From a bacterium UBP6_UBA1177 (GTDB lineage: Bacteria; UBP6; UBA1177), in assembly GCA_002310995.1 (NCBI GenBank), contig DBYV01000035.1:7858-71857 (forward strand): a DNA stretch of 64,000 nt. The letters are read 5' to 3'. A program made the position numbers and the translations under genes. How positions within the stretch are numbered: position 1 is the stretch's first letter; each line of letters starts with the position of its first letter. The notes beneath the pieces are model-generated. The model did not search any database. It worked only from the letters and a program-made list of their open reading frames with translations, and was not told where the DNA came from. Positions 9,116-18,206 of this stretch are shown here, piece after piece.

Positions 9116-9633
9116 ATTCCGCTGACAATTTTCCACTTTCCGTCTTCTTTGATGAATTTCATCTGGTTATTTTCCGAAACTCTGTGATTCGTCATGCCAT
9201 CAGGCTGCATAAAGGCATTCTCTTCTGTCGGAGGTACTGTGCTTTTCATCTTGAATCTTACCTCAAAGAAAAATAGAAGTCTCGCCCTGTTTTCGTTGTC
9301 AGGATCAAACAAAAGATCTTTGATTATGCAGGTGATATTTACCTTTTCAAGGCTGTGGTAAGCATCCGAATTAAGGATTTCGACAAGTTTGTCGTAGTCA
9401 ATATCATCATCAGCCTCGTCCGTTCCGTTCGTGTCGTAGTAGTCTTTCGAAACATACTCAAGAAAAATCTCGGGGTTTTGTTCCTTGAAACCTTTAATGT
9501 AGTAGCCGAAAACCGTCAGAATCTCCTTCGAATCTGGTGTTTCCTCGATATTCGTCCCCTTGATCATTTTAGGGCTGCATGCGACAGTCATAAACATCGA
9601 AAAAACAATCATCAGCATCATCAATTTTTTCAT
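9112..9633 (-). CDS. NTF2/SnoaL-like lipoprotein (tentative)
   Basis: Start placed at the internal ATG 9633 behind GGAGGAACAA. Signal peptide with lipobox MTVAC. The C-terminal ...EDGKWKIVSGI ending is typical of NTF2-like folds. Last gene of the T2SS operon. Confidence 0.4.
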   Translation of the reverse strand: MKKLMMLMIVFSMFMTVACSPKMIKGTNIEETPDSKEILTVFGYYIKGFKEQNPEIFLEYVSKDYYDTNGTDEADDDIDYDKLVEILNSDAYHSLEKVNITCIIKDLLFDPDNENRARLLFFFEVRFKMKSTVPPTEENAFMQPDGMTNHRVSENNQMKFIKEDGKWKIVSGI

Positions 9634-9652
9634 TTGTTCCTCCTTTAAATAT

Positions 9653-11089
9653 TTATTCTTCCTCTCCGTCTTTTTCTTCAGCCGCAGGTTTTGGCGGTTC
9701 GGCATCGCCTTCATCTTCCTGACTTTCACGGGCCTTTTTGACAGCTTCGATCTCTTCACGGGCTCTTCGGATTTCATTCATTGCCGCTTCCTGAGCCTCT
9801 TTGAGTCTAGCTGCCTCCTCCTGTCGCATTTTTTCATCTTCTTCTCTACGCGCTCTCTCCTCTCTTTCCCGCTGTTCGCGCTCTTCACGCTCCGCGCGCA
9901 TCTTTTCTTCCTGCTCTTTTGCAGCTTCCTCCTTTCTTCTAAGCTCTTCCTCTTTGCGTTTGAGCTCGTCTTCTTTTTTCTTCAGTTCCTCATTTCCACC
10001 GTCTGCTTTTGCATCTTCTTTGTTCAAAGGAGCTGGCGGTGCGGCATTCAGTCTTTCCCTCTGTGGCAAACGTTCCTGTTTTTGAGGACGCTGCGGCCTT
10101 GACAAATTGTTCCTGCGCTGTTTGATATCGCCCCTTTCTTCTAACGGAACCCTCTTTTGTATTTTATTCATCTGAGGATTATTCAAGAAACCTTTGAGAC
10201 TAAAAGCAAAACTGTTTTCCTGCTCTCCTTTATAGGAGGAAAGCTGGCTTAAAAGCAAATTGAGCGCAACATTTTCGGTAATTTTAGCCATATCAGGAAC
10301 TTTTGCCGAAATCTCAAGATCAAGCCTTGATGACATAAAGTTCCTAATGTTCAAATTGAGTTTTCCTGTAGCTTCAAGTTCAACAATGCCTTTAATAATC
10401 AGTTTTTTAATATCTGCTTTGTTGTCCGCAATCTCTGCTGAAAGCTCCAGTTCGCCGATAATTATCTTTCCGACATCAAAATCACCCATCGGGGTCGGGA
10501 TTTTACCTCTAAGAACAACATCTGTACCGCTCAATTCTATCTTTCCGCTATATTTTCCCTCCTTATTACACATATTACCGCCGCCACTAAGCGCACCTGT
10601 CAGTACTACTTCAGCAAGAAACGGCTTCAGGACAGAAAGAGGAACTTCCGAAGCATCAAGCGAATAACACGGGTTTTCACTGGTATCGAACGATGCATCA
10701 AGCCCGCCGCCTTGCGAATTTATATCTTCTACATGAATATCTCCGGCAGGGTGCCCTCCCAATGTTGCAAACAACGAAGGTGAAAAAGAGAATAATGCAA
10801 AAGTAACAACTTTATTCCCTTTCTGAAGCAGAGAACCTTCCTCGAACGAAATATTTCCGAAAAGCGATACATTTACATCCTCTGCCAGCAGAGCAAGATC
10901 CCTTACAAAAAGCTGTTCATTGACTTTGGAAATAACAAAATCGTCTGGAAAAAACACCTTCATTCCGATCCAGAGACCTATAAAAACCGCAGCATTTACA
11001 AACAATGCTCTCTTTAAAAGTACCTGGACTTTGCCTGGAATAGGCAAGTTTTTGATTTTGTTAAATATTTCAGAAAATTTATTCGCCAT
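9653..11089 (-). CDS. GspN-like type II secretion protein with long Glu/Arg/Lys-rich C-terminal tail
   Basis: N-terminal TM helix, a periplasmic domain of about 300 aa, and the position after gspM in the G-to-N order. The C-terminal ~140 aa are almost pure E/R/K/A. Confidence 0.4.
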   Translation of the reverse strand: MANKFSEIFNKIKNLPIPGKVQVLLKRALFVNAAVFIGLWIGMKVFFPDDFVISKVNEQLFVRDLALLAEDVNVSLFGNISFEEGSLLQKGNKVVTFALFSFSPSLFATLGGHPAGDIHVEDINSQGGGLDASFDTSENPCYSLDASEVPLSVLKPFLAEVVLTGALSGGGNMCNKEGKYSGKIELSGTDVVLRGKIPTPMGDFDVGKIIIGELELSAEIADNKADIKKLIIKGIVELEATGKLNLNIRNFMSSRLDLEISAKVPDMAKITENVALNLLLSQLSSYKGEQENSFAFSLKGFLNNPQMNKIQKRVPLEERGDIKQRRNNLSRPQRPQKQERLPQRERLNAAPPAPLNKEDAKADGGNEELKKKEDELKRKEEELRRKEEAAKEQEEKMRAEREEREQREREERARREEDEKMRQEEAARLKEAQEAAMNEIRRAREEIEAVKKARESQEDEGDAEPPKPAAEEKDGEEE

Positions 11090-11627
11090 TTGCGCTCTCC
11101 TTTTTCATAGCTGCAACAACAAGCGAGACATCATAATTCTGTTTGTTGAAACGCTTTTTTATCGTTATCGAATCGACAAAAACGTAACGCCCTTTGTTTT
11201 CAAGCCCGTAAAGGAAGGTCAAGGTCTGATCAAGAGGGACTTCGCGAAGATTTAGTTCGATTCTTTCGATATTGATATCACCTTTTTTTCGCGGTTTTAT
11301 CTCTTTTATCGAACTTATCGGAATACCAACGCTCTCCTTGACAGCCGATATATCGGAATTGAGATTCACATTGCTCGAATCTATGCTGTCCTGCATTTTC
11401 GAAGCCTCAGCCTGAGCCTTTTTAAAAAGTTCCTTCTTGGAAACCATTTCCTGAATCATTTTTTCCTGCTCAACAATTGTATCCTTCCTGTCGTCTATCG
11501 CCGAACTCATGAAAAACCATATTGCGATAAAAATAAAAATCATTACAAAAGTAAGAAAAGCCACAAGGATGGTACGTTCGCGTTCGCTGAAATTGCCTAT
11601 TGCCTCTATAAGTTTTTCTTTCATCAT
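11079..11627 (-). CDS. gspM: GspM/PilO-like type II secretion protein
   Basis: 182 aa. N-terminal TM (ILVAFLTFVMIFIFIAIWFFM), a coiled coil and a small C-terminal domain. Called mainly from its position between the gspL-like and gspN-like genes. Confidence 0.5.
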   Translation of the reverse strand: MMKEKLIEAIGNFSERERTILVAFLTFVMIFIFIAIWFFMSSAIDDRKDTIVEQEKMIQEMVSKKELFKKAQAEASKMQDSIDSSNVNLNSDISAVKESVGIPISSIKEIKPRKKGDINIERIELNLREVPLDQTLTFLYGLENKGRYVFVDSITIKKRFNKQNYDVSLVVAAMKKESANGE

Positions 11628-11633
11628 ACCCTC

Positions 11634-13112
11634 CTAATCGTTGGCTTCCTTTCCTTTTTTCCTGCTCTTCTTAGCCTTTGGATCATCTTTTTTCGGTCCG
11701 GCATAGTTGAAGGAAATATTGAACGAACTCTTATCGCCTCTCGTGTTTATCTGACCTCTGTTTATCTCGTCAATCAAAGGGTCCTGTTCTAAAAGATCGG
11801 TGAATTTGTTAATGTCATCAAGACTACTGCTTGTTCCTACGACCCTGATCTTTCCCTCCTCCTTTATCGATATTTCGGAGACTTCGATTGTGCTGTTTTC
11901 AAACGTAAAATAAGGGAAAACTATTTCCATGATGTAGAGTGCACTGTAAGGATAAACCGCCTTTTTGTCGGCCGTACTAGCCTCTCCTTTTATCGATTTG
12001 TCCATTATCGACAACGCCTGACGAAGCGAAGGCATCTCCTTGCCGATAACATCCTTCATAAGTTGTTTTGTTCTCTCTTCGCCGGCCGTTATCCTTTCGT
12101 CCAGATACTTTATTCTCATTTCCATGCCGACAACAAGCATAAGTATTGCAGCAACATAGAGAAAAAGCGCAATTATCGCCCTCTTTTTAAGGAAAGCGAA
12201 TCCACCTTTGTAAGCGAAATCACCTGTTGCGAAATTTACTGTACTGTCGTTGTCCACAGATTCAGAAATCATCTCAAGCTGAGTCGCAAAATCATAAACT
12301 ATAAATTTCGAATTGGAAAAAACGGAAGAATCCATTTCACAGACTATCTTTTCAGATCCTGCGGGAAGAATACCGCCAATAAAGACTGCCGTTTCTCCCG
12401 GATCTCCGGCAAAAGGAGCAAAAAAAACGAATATCTTTTCAAAAAACGAAATTATTGTCTTGCGGATTCTCACTTCAATATCGCTCAGTTCGCCTGGTTC
12501 GCTGAGATCACCGGCGACGCTGAGCCATGAATCAAGTTCTGCCTGAGGGTCTTCGCCGCCGAAAATTGAAAGCATATCACTTCTGAGTTCGTTCAAACCC
12601 CCGTTTCTTACAATCTGACCGTCAGGAAAAACCATGATGACGTATTCATCGTTCACAAATATCGCCTTTTTCAGAGGAATATCTGACTTGAAGAAAAGGA
12701 CTTCCTCTGGAACTATGCTTCTGACCTTCTCTCTTGCCGAATCATCGAAATCAAGCAATGCCTTGCGGATGACATCCTTACCTGCCGCAAAAACATTCAT
12801 GTCGCTGCTTCCCTTCTGGAAGTTTTTGACCTCAATCATCATATCGTCCTCTTTGAACGGAGTTTCGGACTCTATATCCTGAGCGACAATTTTTTTGAGA
12901 TATGAATGTTTTACCGGAGGATAATTCCTAGCGTAGTAGAGCATTTCCCTGCCGGAGCAGATAAAATCTATGTAATCGAAGTTTTTAAAAAGCTCGGCAG
13001 CCTCTTCTTTACCGGCAAATTCACTCTTTTCAAAGGTCGTTTTGTTGTATTCCTTCGAAAAAGTGTCTATCAGGAATCCGCCGTTTGCCGCCCTGCATGA
13101 AGCAAATTTCAT
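11634..13112 (-). CDS. gspL: GspL-like (PilM/PilN-type) type II secretion assembly protein
   Basis: 492 aa. Cytoplasmic N-terminal domain, a single central TM (AIIALFLYVAAILMLVVGM) and a periplasmic C-terminal domain. Positioned between gspK and gspM. Confidence 0.5.
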   Translation of the reverse strand: MKFASCRAANGGFLIDTFSKEYNKTTFEKSEFAGKEEAAELFKNFDYIDFICSGREMLYYARNYPPVKHSYLKKIVAQDIESETPFKEDDMMIEVKNFQKGSSDMNVFAAGKDVIRKALLDFDDSAREKVRSIVPEEVLFFKSDIPLKKAIFVNDEYVIMVFPDGQIVRNGGLNELRSDMLSIFGGEDPQAELDSWLSVAGDLSEPGELSDIEVRIRKTIISFFEKIFVFFAPFAGDPGETAVFIGGILPAGSEKIVCEMDSSVFSNSKFIVYDFATQLEMISESVDNDSTVNFATGDFAYKGGFAFLKKRAIIALFLYVAAILMLVVGMEMRIKYLDERITAGEERTKQLMKDVIGKEMPSLRQALSIMDKSIKGEASTADKKAVYPYSALYIMEIVFPYFTFENSTIEVSEISIKEEGKIRVVGTSSSLDDINKFTDLLEQDPLIDEINRGQINTRGDKSSFNISFNYAGPKKDDPKAKKSRKKGKEAND

Positions 13113-13136
13113 TTTTTACCTCACCTTGATAATAAA

Positions 13137-14372
13137 TTATCCTTCCCTGTAATAGTAAATGTTACCCTCTCGGTCCACAATCATCTCGACCCAGCTTTCA
13201 ATCCCTTCCTTTATGCCGATAGCCTTAATGCGATAGACGCTTCCAGTCGTATCGGCGATTTCGGATATCGATTTATCGAGCGAAACCCCTTCGTCGGCAC
13301 ATGCCTGAATGAAATCGTCACGTTTCGCAAAACCGTACTGCGCCCTTTTGGCAAGAATCTTTCCAAGAAGTTCGCGCATTGCATCTTCGTTGTAGAACAC
13401 TGTCAAAGCCTTGTCGACCGCATAAGCCCTGATCAAACCTTCCAGCATATCATGGTTTGCCTTATTCACATTGATTTTTCCGGTGGAATATATCGTGATG
13501 TGCGGCTCAAGAATCTTGAAAACAAGATCATCTACGCCGTAAACCATCATCAGTTCCTGAACGGTATCGAATTTGGAGTTTTTAACTTTATACTCAGGTT
13601 CGAAATCATCATAGTTCGACTGTTCGTCGCCGCCTGTCATATACTTCGCGCCATCGGTATATTTATCATCACCCATATCGACCCAGTCAACAATGTTCTG
13701 AATAAGTTCCTCTCGGTCGACATATTCAGCCCTCGAAGTGTTTTCAAGAAAGATAAAATCATAAAACTCAGGTTCAATCAGGGCTTCAAGCATTTTTATA
13801 ATCGCCCCTTTCGTGCCGTAAGCCAGTTGATTAAGGTTGATTTTCGTATCTTCGCCCTTGAATTCAACCTTGAAGTCTCCAGGAAACTGAAATATCGGAT
13901 CTCCTGTCTCGGTATAAGTATATTCACCTTCTTCATCGTTTGTCGCGGCACCTTTCGGATTTTCGACATCGCTTGAAGAAACAACATCCTCGATATCAAC
14001 AAAAGGTCCTGCATTGGTAAAAGTGCGAAGAACGGCCGTGTCCATCGGAATTATATCCCATATTTCTATCTGCTGTGACATATCAAACTGCTTTAAAAGG
14101 CTTTCTACCTGCTTCTGAAGATCAAAAATAATAACCGCAAAATTCACTGCACTTGAAGCTAAAGCCTGAGCCTCTGCCTTGTGTTTGTAGTTCATCGCAA
14201 GATCAAATTCAGTCTTTGCTTCGTAGTTCATATCACTTACTATCGGAAGCATAACAGCTATCATAACAAGGACAAGAACAAGGGCAAACCCGCGCTTTTT
14301 CCCTTTCGGGTCTTTTTCAGCACTTGCCTTAGCGTGCAGGCTTGACTTTATTTTGTCCAACAAATTCAACAT
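13137..14372 (-). CDS. gspK: type II secretion minor pseudopilin GspK
   Basis: 411 aa. KKRGFALVLVLVMIAVMLPIV is the GspK-type N-terminus, the size is right, and it follows gspJ. Confidence 0.7.
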   Translation of the reverse strand: MLNLLDKIKSSLHAKASAEKDPKGKKRGFALVLVLVMIAVMLPIVSDMNYEAKTEFDLAMNYKHKAEAQALASSAVNFAVIIFDLQKQVESLLKQFDMSQQIEIWDIIPMDTAVLRTFTNAGPFVDIEDVVSSSDVENPKGAATNDEEGEYTYTETGDPIFQFPGDFKVEFKGEDTKINLNQLAYGTKGAIIKMLEALIEPEFYDFIFLENTSRAEYVDREELIQNIVDWVDMGDDKYTDGAKYMTGGDEQSNYDDFEPEYKVKNSKFDTVQELMMVYGVDDLVFKILEPHITIYSTGKINVNKANHDMLEGLIRAYAVDKALTVFYNEDAMRELLGKILAKRAQYGFAKRDDFIQACADEGVSLDKSISEIADTTGSVYRIKAIGIKEGIESWVEMIVDREGNIYYYREG

Positions 14373-14373
14373 G

Positions 14374-15027
14374 TTAAAAACTAAATGGTTTAGTCATCTT
14401 AAGGTTTACTACAGTTTCTATCTTATAGTCTTCTTTGCCGAAATCCCCTTCTTCGGCAATCATCGTAATCTTTACTTTCGGTGGAAGTGAGTTGACGTTG
14501 TCGATGCTTTCTGTGTTCCAGTGGTCAACCCACTCTTTTGTCGTTGTACGCCAATACTCGAATTTTATGCTCTTGAAACCTTTGAGAACAGGATAAACAT
14601 TGCCTCCCCTTTCAGGGTCTTCGTCAACCCAAAGGCTTTCCCTGCGCATAAGAATGTTTTCACCCTCAACATTCTCTCCGTAATACTCAATCTCAGTCTG
14701 ATCGCACTGCTTGAATCCGGCAGCCATTTTAACGTGGTTGATAGTCGCAAAAGTGAGATGGCTCACAGGGTCGTCATCTTCGCTCTTAAATATTGTCTTA
14801 TGCGTCTCTTCAGGAGCTCCTTTGTTTACTGTAAGATAAGCATTTTTCAAATCACTGCGGATAAGTTCAAGCGTGAAATATATGCTGCGCTCCCTCTCTG
14901 TTACAGCCTTTATCTTGGCCCTGCCACTCAAAAGGTTGGAAAACGAGAAATAAACTGATGCCACCAGTATTACAGTTATGCTCATTGCAAGAAGAACTTC
15001 TATGAGAGTAAAACCTTTTTTCATCAT
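14374..15027 (-). CDS. gspJ: type II secretion minor pseudopilin GspJ
   Basis: The N-terminus MMKKGFTLIEVLLAMSITVIL is a prepilin N-methylation motif (G|FTLIE). 217 aa. Called also from gene order. Confidence 0.7.
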   Translation of the reverse strand: MMKKGFTLIEVLLAMSITVILVASVYFSFSNLLSGRAKIKAVTERERSIYFTLELIRSDLKNAYLTVNKGAPEETHKTIFKSEDDDPVSHLTFATINHVKMAAGFKQCDQTEIEYYGENVEGENILMRRESLWVDEDPERGGNVYPVLKGFKSIKFEYWRTTTKEWVDHWNTESIDNVNSLPPKVKITMIAEEGDFGKEDYKIETVVNLKMTKPFSF

Positions 15028-15767
15028 TTGCCTTTGGGAGCTCCTCCGCCGTTAATCATATTGTTCATGCCTGGAGTCCCTTTATTGAGGCCTTCGAACC
15101 TGTTTTTCTGAGAACCTTTGCCTCCTTTGCCGCCCTTCCCTTTGTTTCCTTTGCTGTCGCCTGTATACTGCTGGAACGTTTTTACTGTTCCGTCAGTTGT
15201 CAGAAACACAGTAAAAACAACTTTTTCCGATTCTTTTACACCTTCACCCCAAAATACCGAAACGGTAAGCTTGCGGATTCTCTCCTTAAAGAAATCTTCG
15301 ATGTTACCTTTTGCAAGAGAAAGCATTGAAGCACTCTGGTCGAGATAAGAACCATCATCAGCGCTCGTTGAAAAGTCTGGGAGCGGGATAAAAACGCGCT
15401 TTACTGAATATTTCCAGCGAAAACCTTCGTATTCCCTATCTTCAAAATCACCTTCTTCCTCTGTTTCGTCATCAGGAAGTCCTTCTTCTTTTATAATTTC
15501 CTCAACATCGTGCAGTTTAAGACGACAGAGTTCTGTTCCGAGATAGATGTTGTGAACCTTCGAAGCATATATATAACTTGCTGAAATTATTCTAGAAGCT
15601 GCAAAAAGAACACCGGAGAGGATAGTTATCGCCGCAAGAACCTCAATAAGTGAAAAACCTCTTTTAGGCTCCCCTGATGCAGGGGAGCTGGCAGCTCTGC
15701 TGACTGAGGGGTTATTGAACGCAGGGGAGCTGGCAACCGCAGGTTGACTGAGAGGTCTAATCATCAC
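15024..15767 (-). CDS. gspI: GspI-like minor pseudopilin with atypically long leader and Gly/Lys-rich tail
   Basis: The KRGFSLIEVLAAITIL prepilin motif appears only after a leader of about 37 aa. GTG/ATG start overlaps the gspH-like stop. C-terminal tail is GNKGKGGKGGKG. Confidence 0.55.
   Translation of the reverse strand: MMIRPLSQPAVASSPAFNNPSVSRAASSPASGEPKRGFSLIEVLAAITILSGVLFAASRIISASYIYASKVHNIYLGTELCRLKLHDVEEIIKEEGLPDDETEEEGDFEDREYEGFRWKYSVKRVFIPLPDFSTSADDGSYLDQSASMLSLAKGNIEDFFKERIRKLTVSVFWGEGVKESEKVVFTVFLTTDGTVKTFQQYTGDSKGNKGKGGKGGKGSQKNRFEGLNKGTPGMNNMINGGGAPKGK
15669..15757. repeat. REP-like GC-rich element, 1.5 copies, inside the gspI-like 5' coding region
   Basis: CCCCTGATGCAGGGGAGCTGGCAGCTCTGCTGACTGAGGGG followed by the partial GCAGGGGAGCTGGCAACCGCAGGTTGACTGAGAGGTC. 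Same family as 27483-27525 and 58481-58526. Confidence 0.75.
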
Positions 15768-16588
15768 GATTTTCCCTCCGCATCCTGGTCTTTCAGCAGT
15801 TCTCTCATATCTTCAATCTCGTCTTCAAAGCTTCCTGACTCAATTTTCACGTTGAGAAACATATCGGAAGTAATATAGACATAACTTTCTTCCCCGTCTT
15901 CAGTCTCTTCTCCCAAAGAAAGATAAAAAGGCTCGATCCTCCCTTCAGGAAAAATATAGATAAAGACTTTCGGCTCCTTTCCTTTATTGTCGGAATCGAG
16001 GAAATCACCCCGCTTTACGATTTCAGGCGTGTGATATGCAAAAAAACCTGTAACAATAAGCCCTTTTGCAAATTTTTTCTCGCCTGAATTTTTTGTGAAC
16101 TCCGGTTTCAGAATAGCTTTCAGAGAGCGTCTGTCGGGAATAAAATTTTCGTAGTTGTAGTAATCCGAATTTTCCAGATCTTCCTGCGAAGAAAGAAGCC
16201 GTGCTTTCTCAAGAAGGTTTTCTGCACCAAGCGCGGAACCCTTTCCGGCAAAAGGATCACTTCCCTTGCCGTTTTCCATCCTTTCGATAAGTTTTTCGTT
16301 TTCCTCTTCCTTTGCAGCTGCAGCTTCTCCAGTAAAAAGATAGAACGGTGTTTCGCTTTTCTCAGTCCAGTAGCTCCCTTTTTCCAGATCGATAACAAGA
16401 CGGATATACTCTTTGTTGCGCACCGCCTGCATGAAGCTGTAACGCAGAAACGAATTGAAACCGCCCATTTCGGCACTTGCCTGATAACGTCCGAAGCGGT
16501 TCACACCCGCAACGGAAAAGCCGGCGATAACTATGGCTATCGCAGCTACGGCAAGCATTTCGACCATGGAAAATCCGGATCTTTTCAT
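15764..16588 (-). CDS. gspH: GspH-like pseudopilin
   Basis: MKRSGFSMVEMLAVAAIAIVIAG is a prepilin N-terminus. Positioned between gspG and the gspI-like gene. At 274 aa it is larger than a typical GspH. Confidence 0.5.
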   Translation of the reverse strand: MKRSGFSMVEMLAVAAIAIVIAGFSVAGVNRFGRYQASAEMGGFNSFLRYSFMQAVRNKEYIRLVIDLEKGSYWTEKSETPFYLFTGEAAAAKEEENEKLIERMENGKGSDPFAGKGSALGAENLLEKARLLSSQEDLENSDYYNYENFIPDRRSLKAILKPEFTKNSGEKKFAKGLIVTGFFAYHTPEIVKRGDFLDSDNKGKEPKVFIYIFPEGRIEPFYLSLGEETEDGEESYVYITSDMFLNVKIESGSFEDEIEDMRELLKDQDAEGKS

Positions 16589-16590
16589 AA

Positions 16591-17022
16591 TTAGTCGTCT
16601 TCCCAGTTGGTTATATCGTCGTTTCCGCCTTCTTTGCCGTCAGGACCAAAGGAATAAAGGTCGAAGCTGTCTTCGTTGTTGCTTCCCGGATAAATGTAAA
16701 CATATTCGTTTCCCCACGGGTCCTGAGGAACTTTTTTCTCTTTCAGAATTTTTTCTTCAACAAGTCTCGAAAGACCGTCGTCGCTGTCAGGATAACGCCC
16801 GAACTCGGTTTTATAAAGGTCAAGCGCGTTTGAAATCGTGCCGATGTCAATCTTTGCCTGTTTTATCTTCGATTTATCGAGATAACCCATAACACCGACG
16901 CCGACAGCACCCATGATCATCGTCATAATCGTGATCGTTACCATGATTTCAAGAAGCGAAAAGCCTTTCGACGCCTCTTTCGCGTTTGCTTTGATCAAAG
17001 CCTTAAAAAATCTCTTAAACAT
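16591..17022 (-). CDS. gspG: type II secretion major pseudopilin GspG
   Basis: KGFSLLEIMVTITIM..., the Q/DPWGNEYVY motif and SFGPDGKEGGNDDI are the canonical GspG signature. AGGAGG lies upstream of the ATG. Confidence 0.9.
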   Translation of the reverse strand: MFKRFFKALIKANAKEASKGFSLLEIMVTITIMTMIMGAVGVGVMGYLDKSKIKQAKIDIGTISNALDLYKTEFGRYPDSDDGLSRLVEEKILKEKKVPQDPWGNEYVYIYPGSNNEDSFDLYSFGPDGKEGGNDDITNWEDD

Positions 17023-17067
17023 AAAAACCTCCTGAAAAAAACGTAAAAAAACTAAAACCTATAAATT

Positions 17068-17084
17068 AAGCAACTCGAGTGCCA
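17068..17084 (-). promoter_or_regulatory. sigma-54 (-24/-12) type promoter upstream of gspG
   Basis: The minus strand reads TGGCACTCGAGTTGCTT, i.e. TGGCAC-N5-TTGC, matching the RpoN consensus TGGCACG-N4-TTGCW. It lies 46-62 nt upstream of the gspG ATG. Confidence 0.5.
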
Positions 17085-17231
17085 CAAAATTTATTTAATA
17101 AATTCAGCAATTTACAAACTCAAAAAGAATGTCAATTCGGCAATTTGACAATTTGTCAGCAAAGCCATAGCAAAAACCGTACAAATTATGAAGAAATCTC
17201 TGTGGTTATATACGTTCCGGATTTCAGAGGA

Positions 17232-18206
17232 CTACTTCGATTTTATCAGGATAACAAGAAAAAACGGCCCTCCGACAAGAGAAGTCACTACTCCGACAGG
17301 AATTTCCGATGGAGCTATAACAGTTCTCGAAACTGCGTCCGAAAGCATAAGTATGCATCCTCCGGTGAGAAGCGCAGCAAATGCTAAAGGCGCGTGCTTT
17401 CTTCCAGTAAGTCTCCCAGCGATATGAGGTGCCATCATGCCGATAAAACCTATAGGTCCAACTTGAGAAACAACGACTGCGACAGCTAAAGAAACGGTAA
17501 AAAGAAGAATGTTGCCGATTACATTCATGTTAACGCCGCGTGTCGTCGCGATATCAGAATCTATCCGCATGAGATCAAGTTCTCTGTGGAAAAAGAGCGA
17601 AACAAATATCATTACAACAAAAGCCGGAATAATTTTTAGGACTGTCGAAAAACCTGTAAAATCAAGGCTTCCCATCATCCAGTGAATCATCATCGCGCTT
17701 TCACTTCCGCTTGCGATATACTGGATGAAAAGTATAAGTCCGCTGCATATAAAGTTGACCGCGACTCCGGCTAAAAGAAGAAATCCAGTATCAAACCTTT
17801 TTTTGAGGCGGCCTGCCGAATAGATGAAAACAACGGTCAGAAAGGCACATACAAAACTGAAGAGCTGTGTAATCGGAAGAGCAAAAGCAAACCCCGAAAA
17901 AAGCTTTATCGCCGTTACCGCCCCCAAAGCTGCGCCGCTGCTCACTCCGAGTGTATATGGTGTCGCGAGATCATTCTTGAACATAGACTGAAACACCATT
18001 CCGCAAAGTGCCAAAGTAGCCCCACAGACAAAAGCGCCTAAAGTTCTCGGAACTCTTATGTTCCAGAATATATTCGAAGCCGCGTTTTCACCGAAGATTT
18101 CCCTCAACGGCATTTCAATATATCCGAAAAAAGGAAGAATCGCGAGGAGTATCAAAGAGAGTAGCGCTATAGCGGCAATTTTGACGATATTAAGCTTCAC
18201 CGACAT
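17232..18206 (-). CDS. FecCD/BtuC-family ABC transporter permease (iron-siderophore/cobalamin type)
   Basis: Motifs RVPRTLGAFVCGATLALCGMVFQSMFKNDLATPYTLGVSSGAALG and GFIGMMAPHIAGRLTG...EIPVGVVTSLVGGPFFL are typical FecCD motifs. Confidence 0.85.
   Translation of the reverse strand: MSVKLNIVKIAAIALLSLILLAILPFFGYIEMPLREIFGENAASNIFWNIRVPRTLGAFVCGATLALCGMVFQSMFKNDLATPYTLGVSSGAALGAVTAIKLFSGFAFALPITQLFSFVCAFLTVVFIYSAGRLKKRFDTGFLLLAGVAVNFICSGLILFIQYIASGSESAMMIHWMMGSLDFTGFSTVLKIIPAFVVMIFVSLFFHRELDLMRIDSDIATTRGVNMNVIGNILLFTVSLAVAVVVSQVGPIGFIGMMAPHIAGRLTGRKHAPLAFAALLTGGCILMLSDAVSRTVIAPSEIPVGVVTSLVGGPFFLVILIKSK

Noticed and set aside
9560-10102. 180-aa and 94-aa plus-strand ORFs rich in Ser/Phe/Leu opposite the GspN-like tail
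   Set aside because: They are generated by the low-complexity GAA/AGA/AAG-rich coding sequence on the other strand and have no start-site signals.
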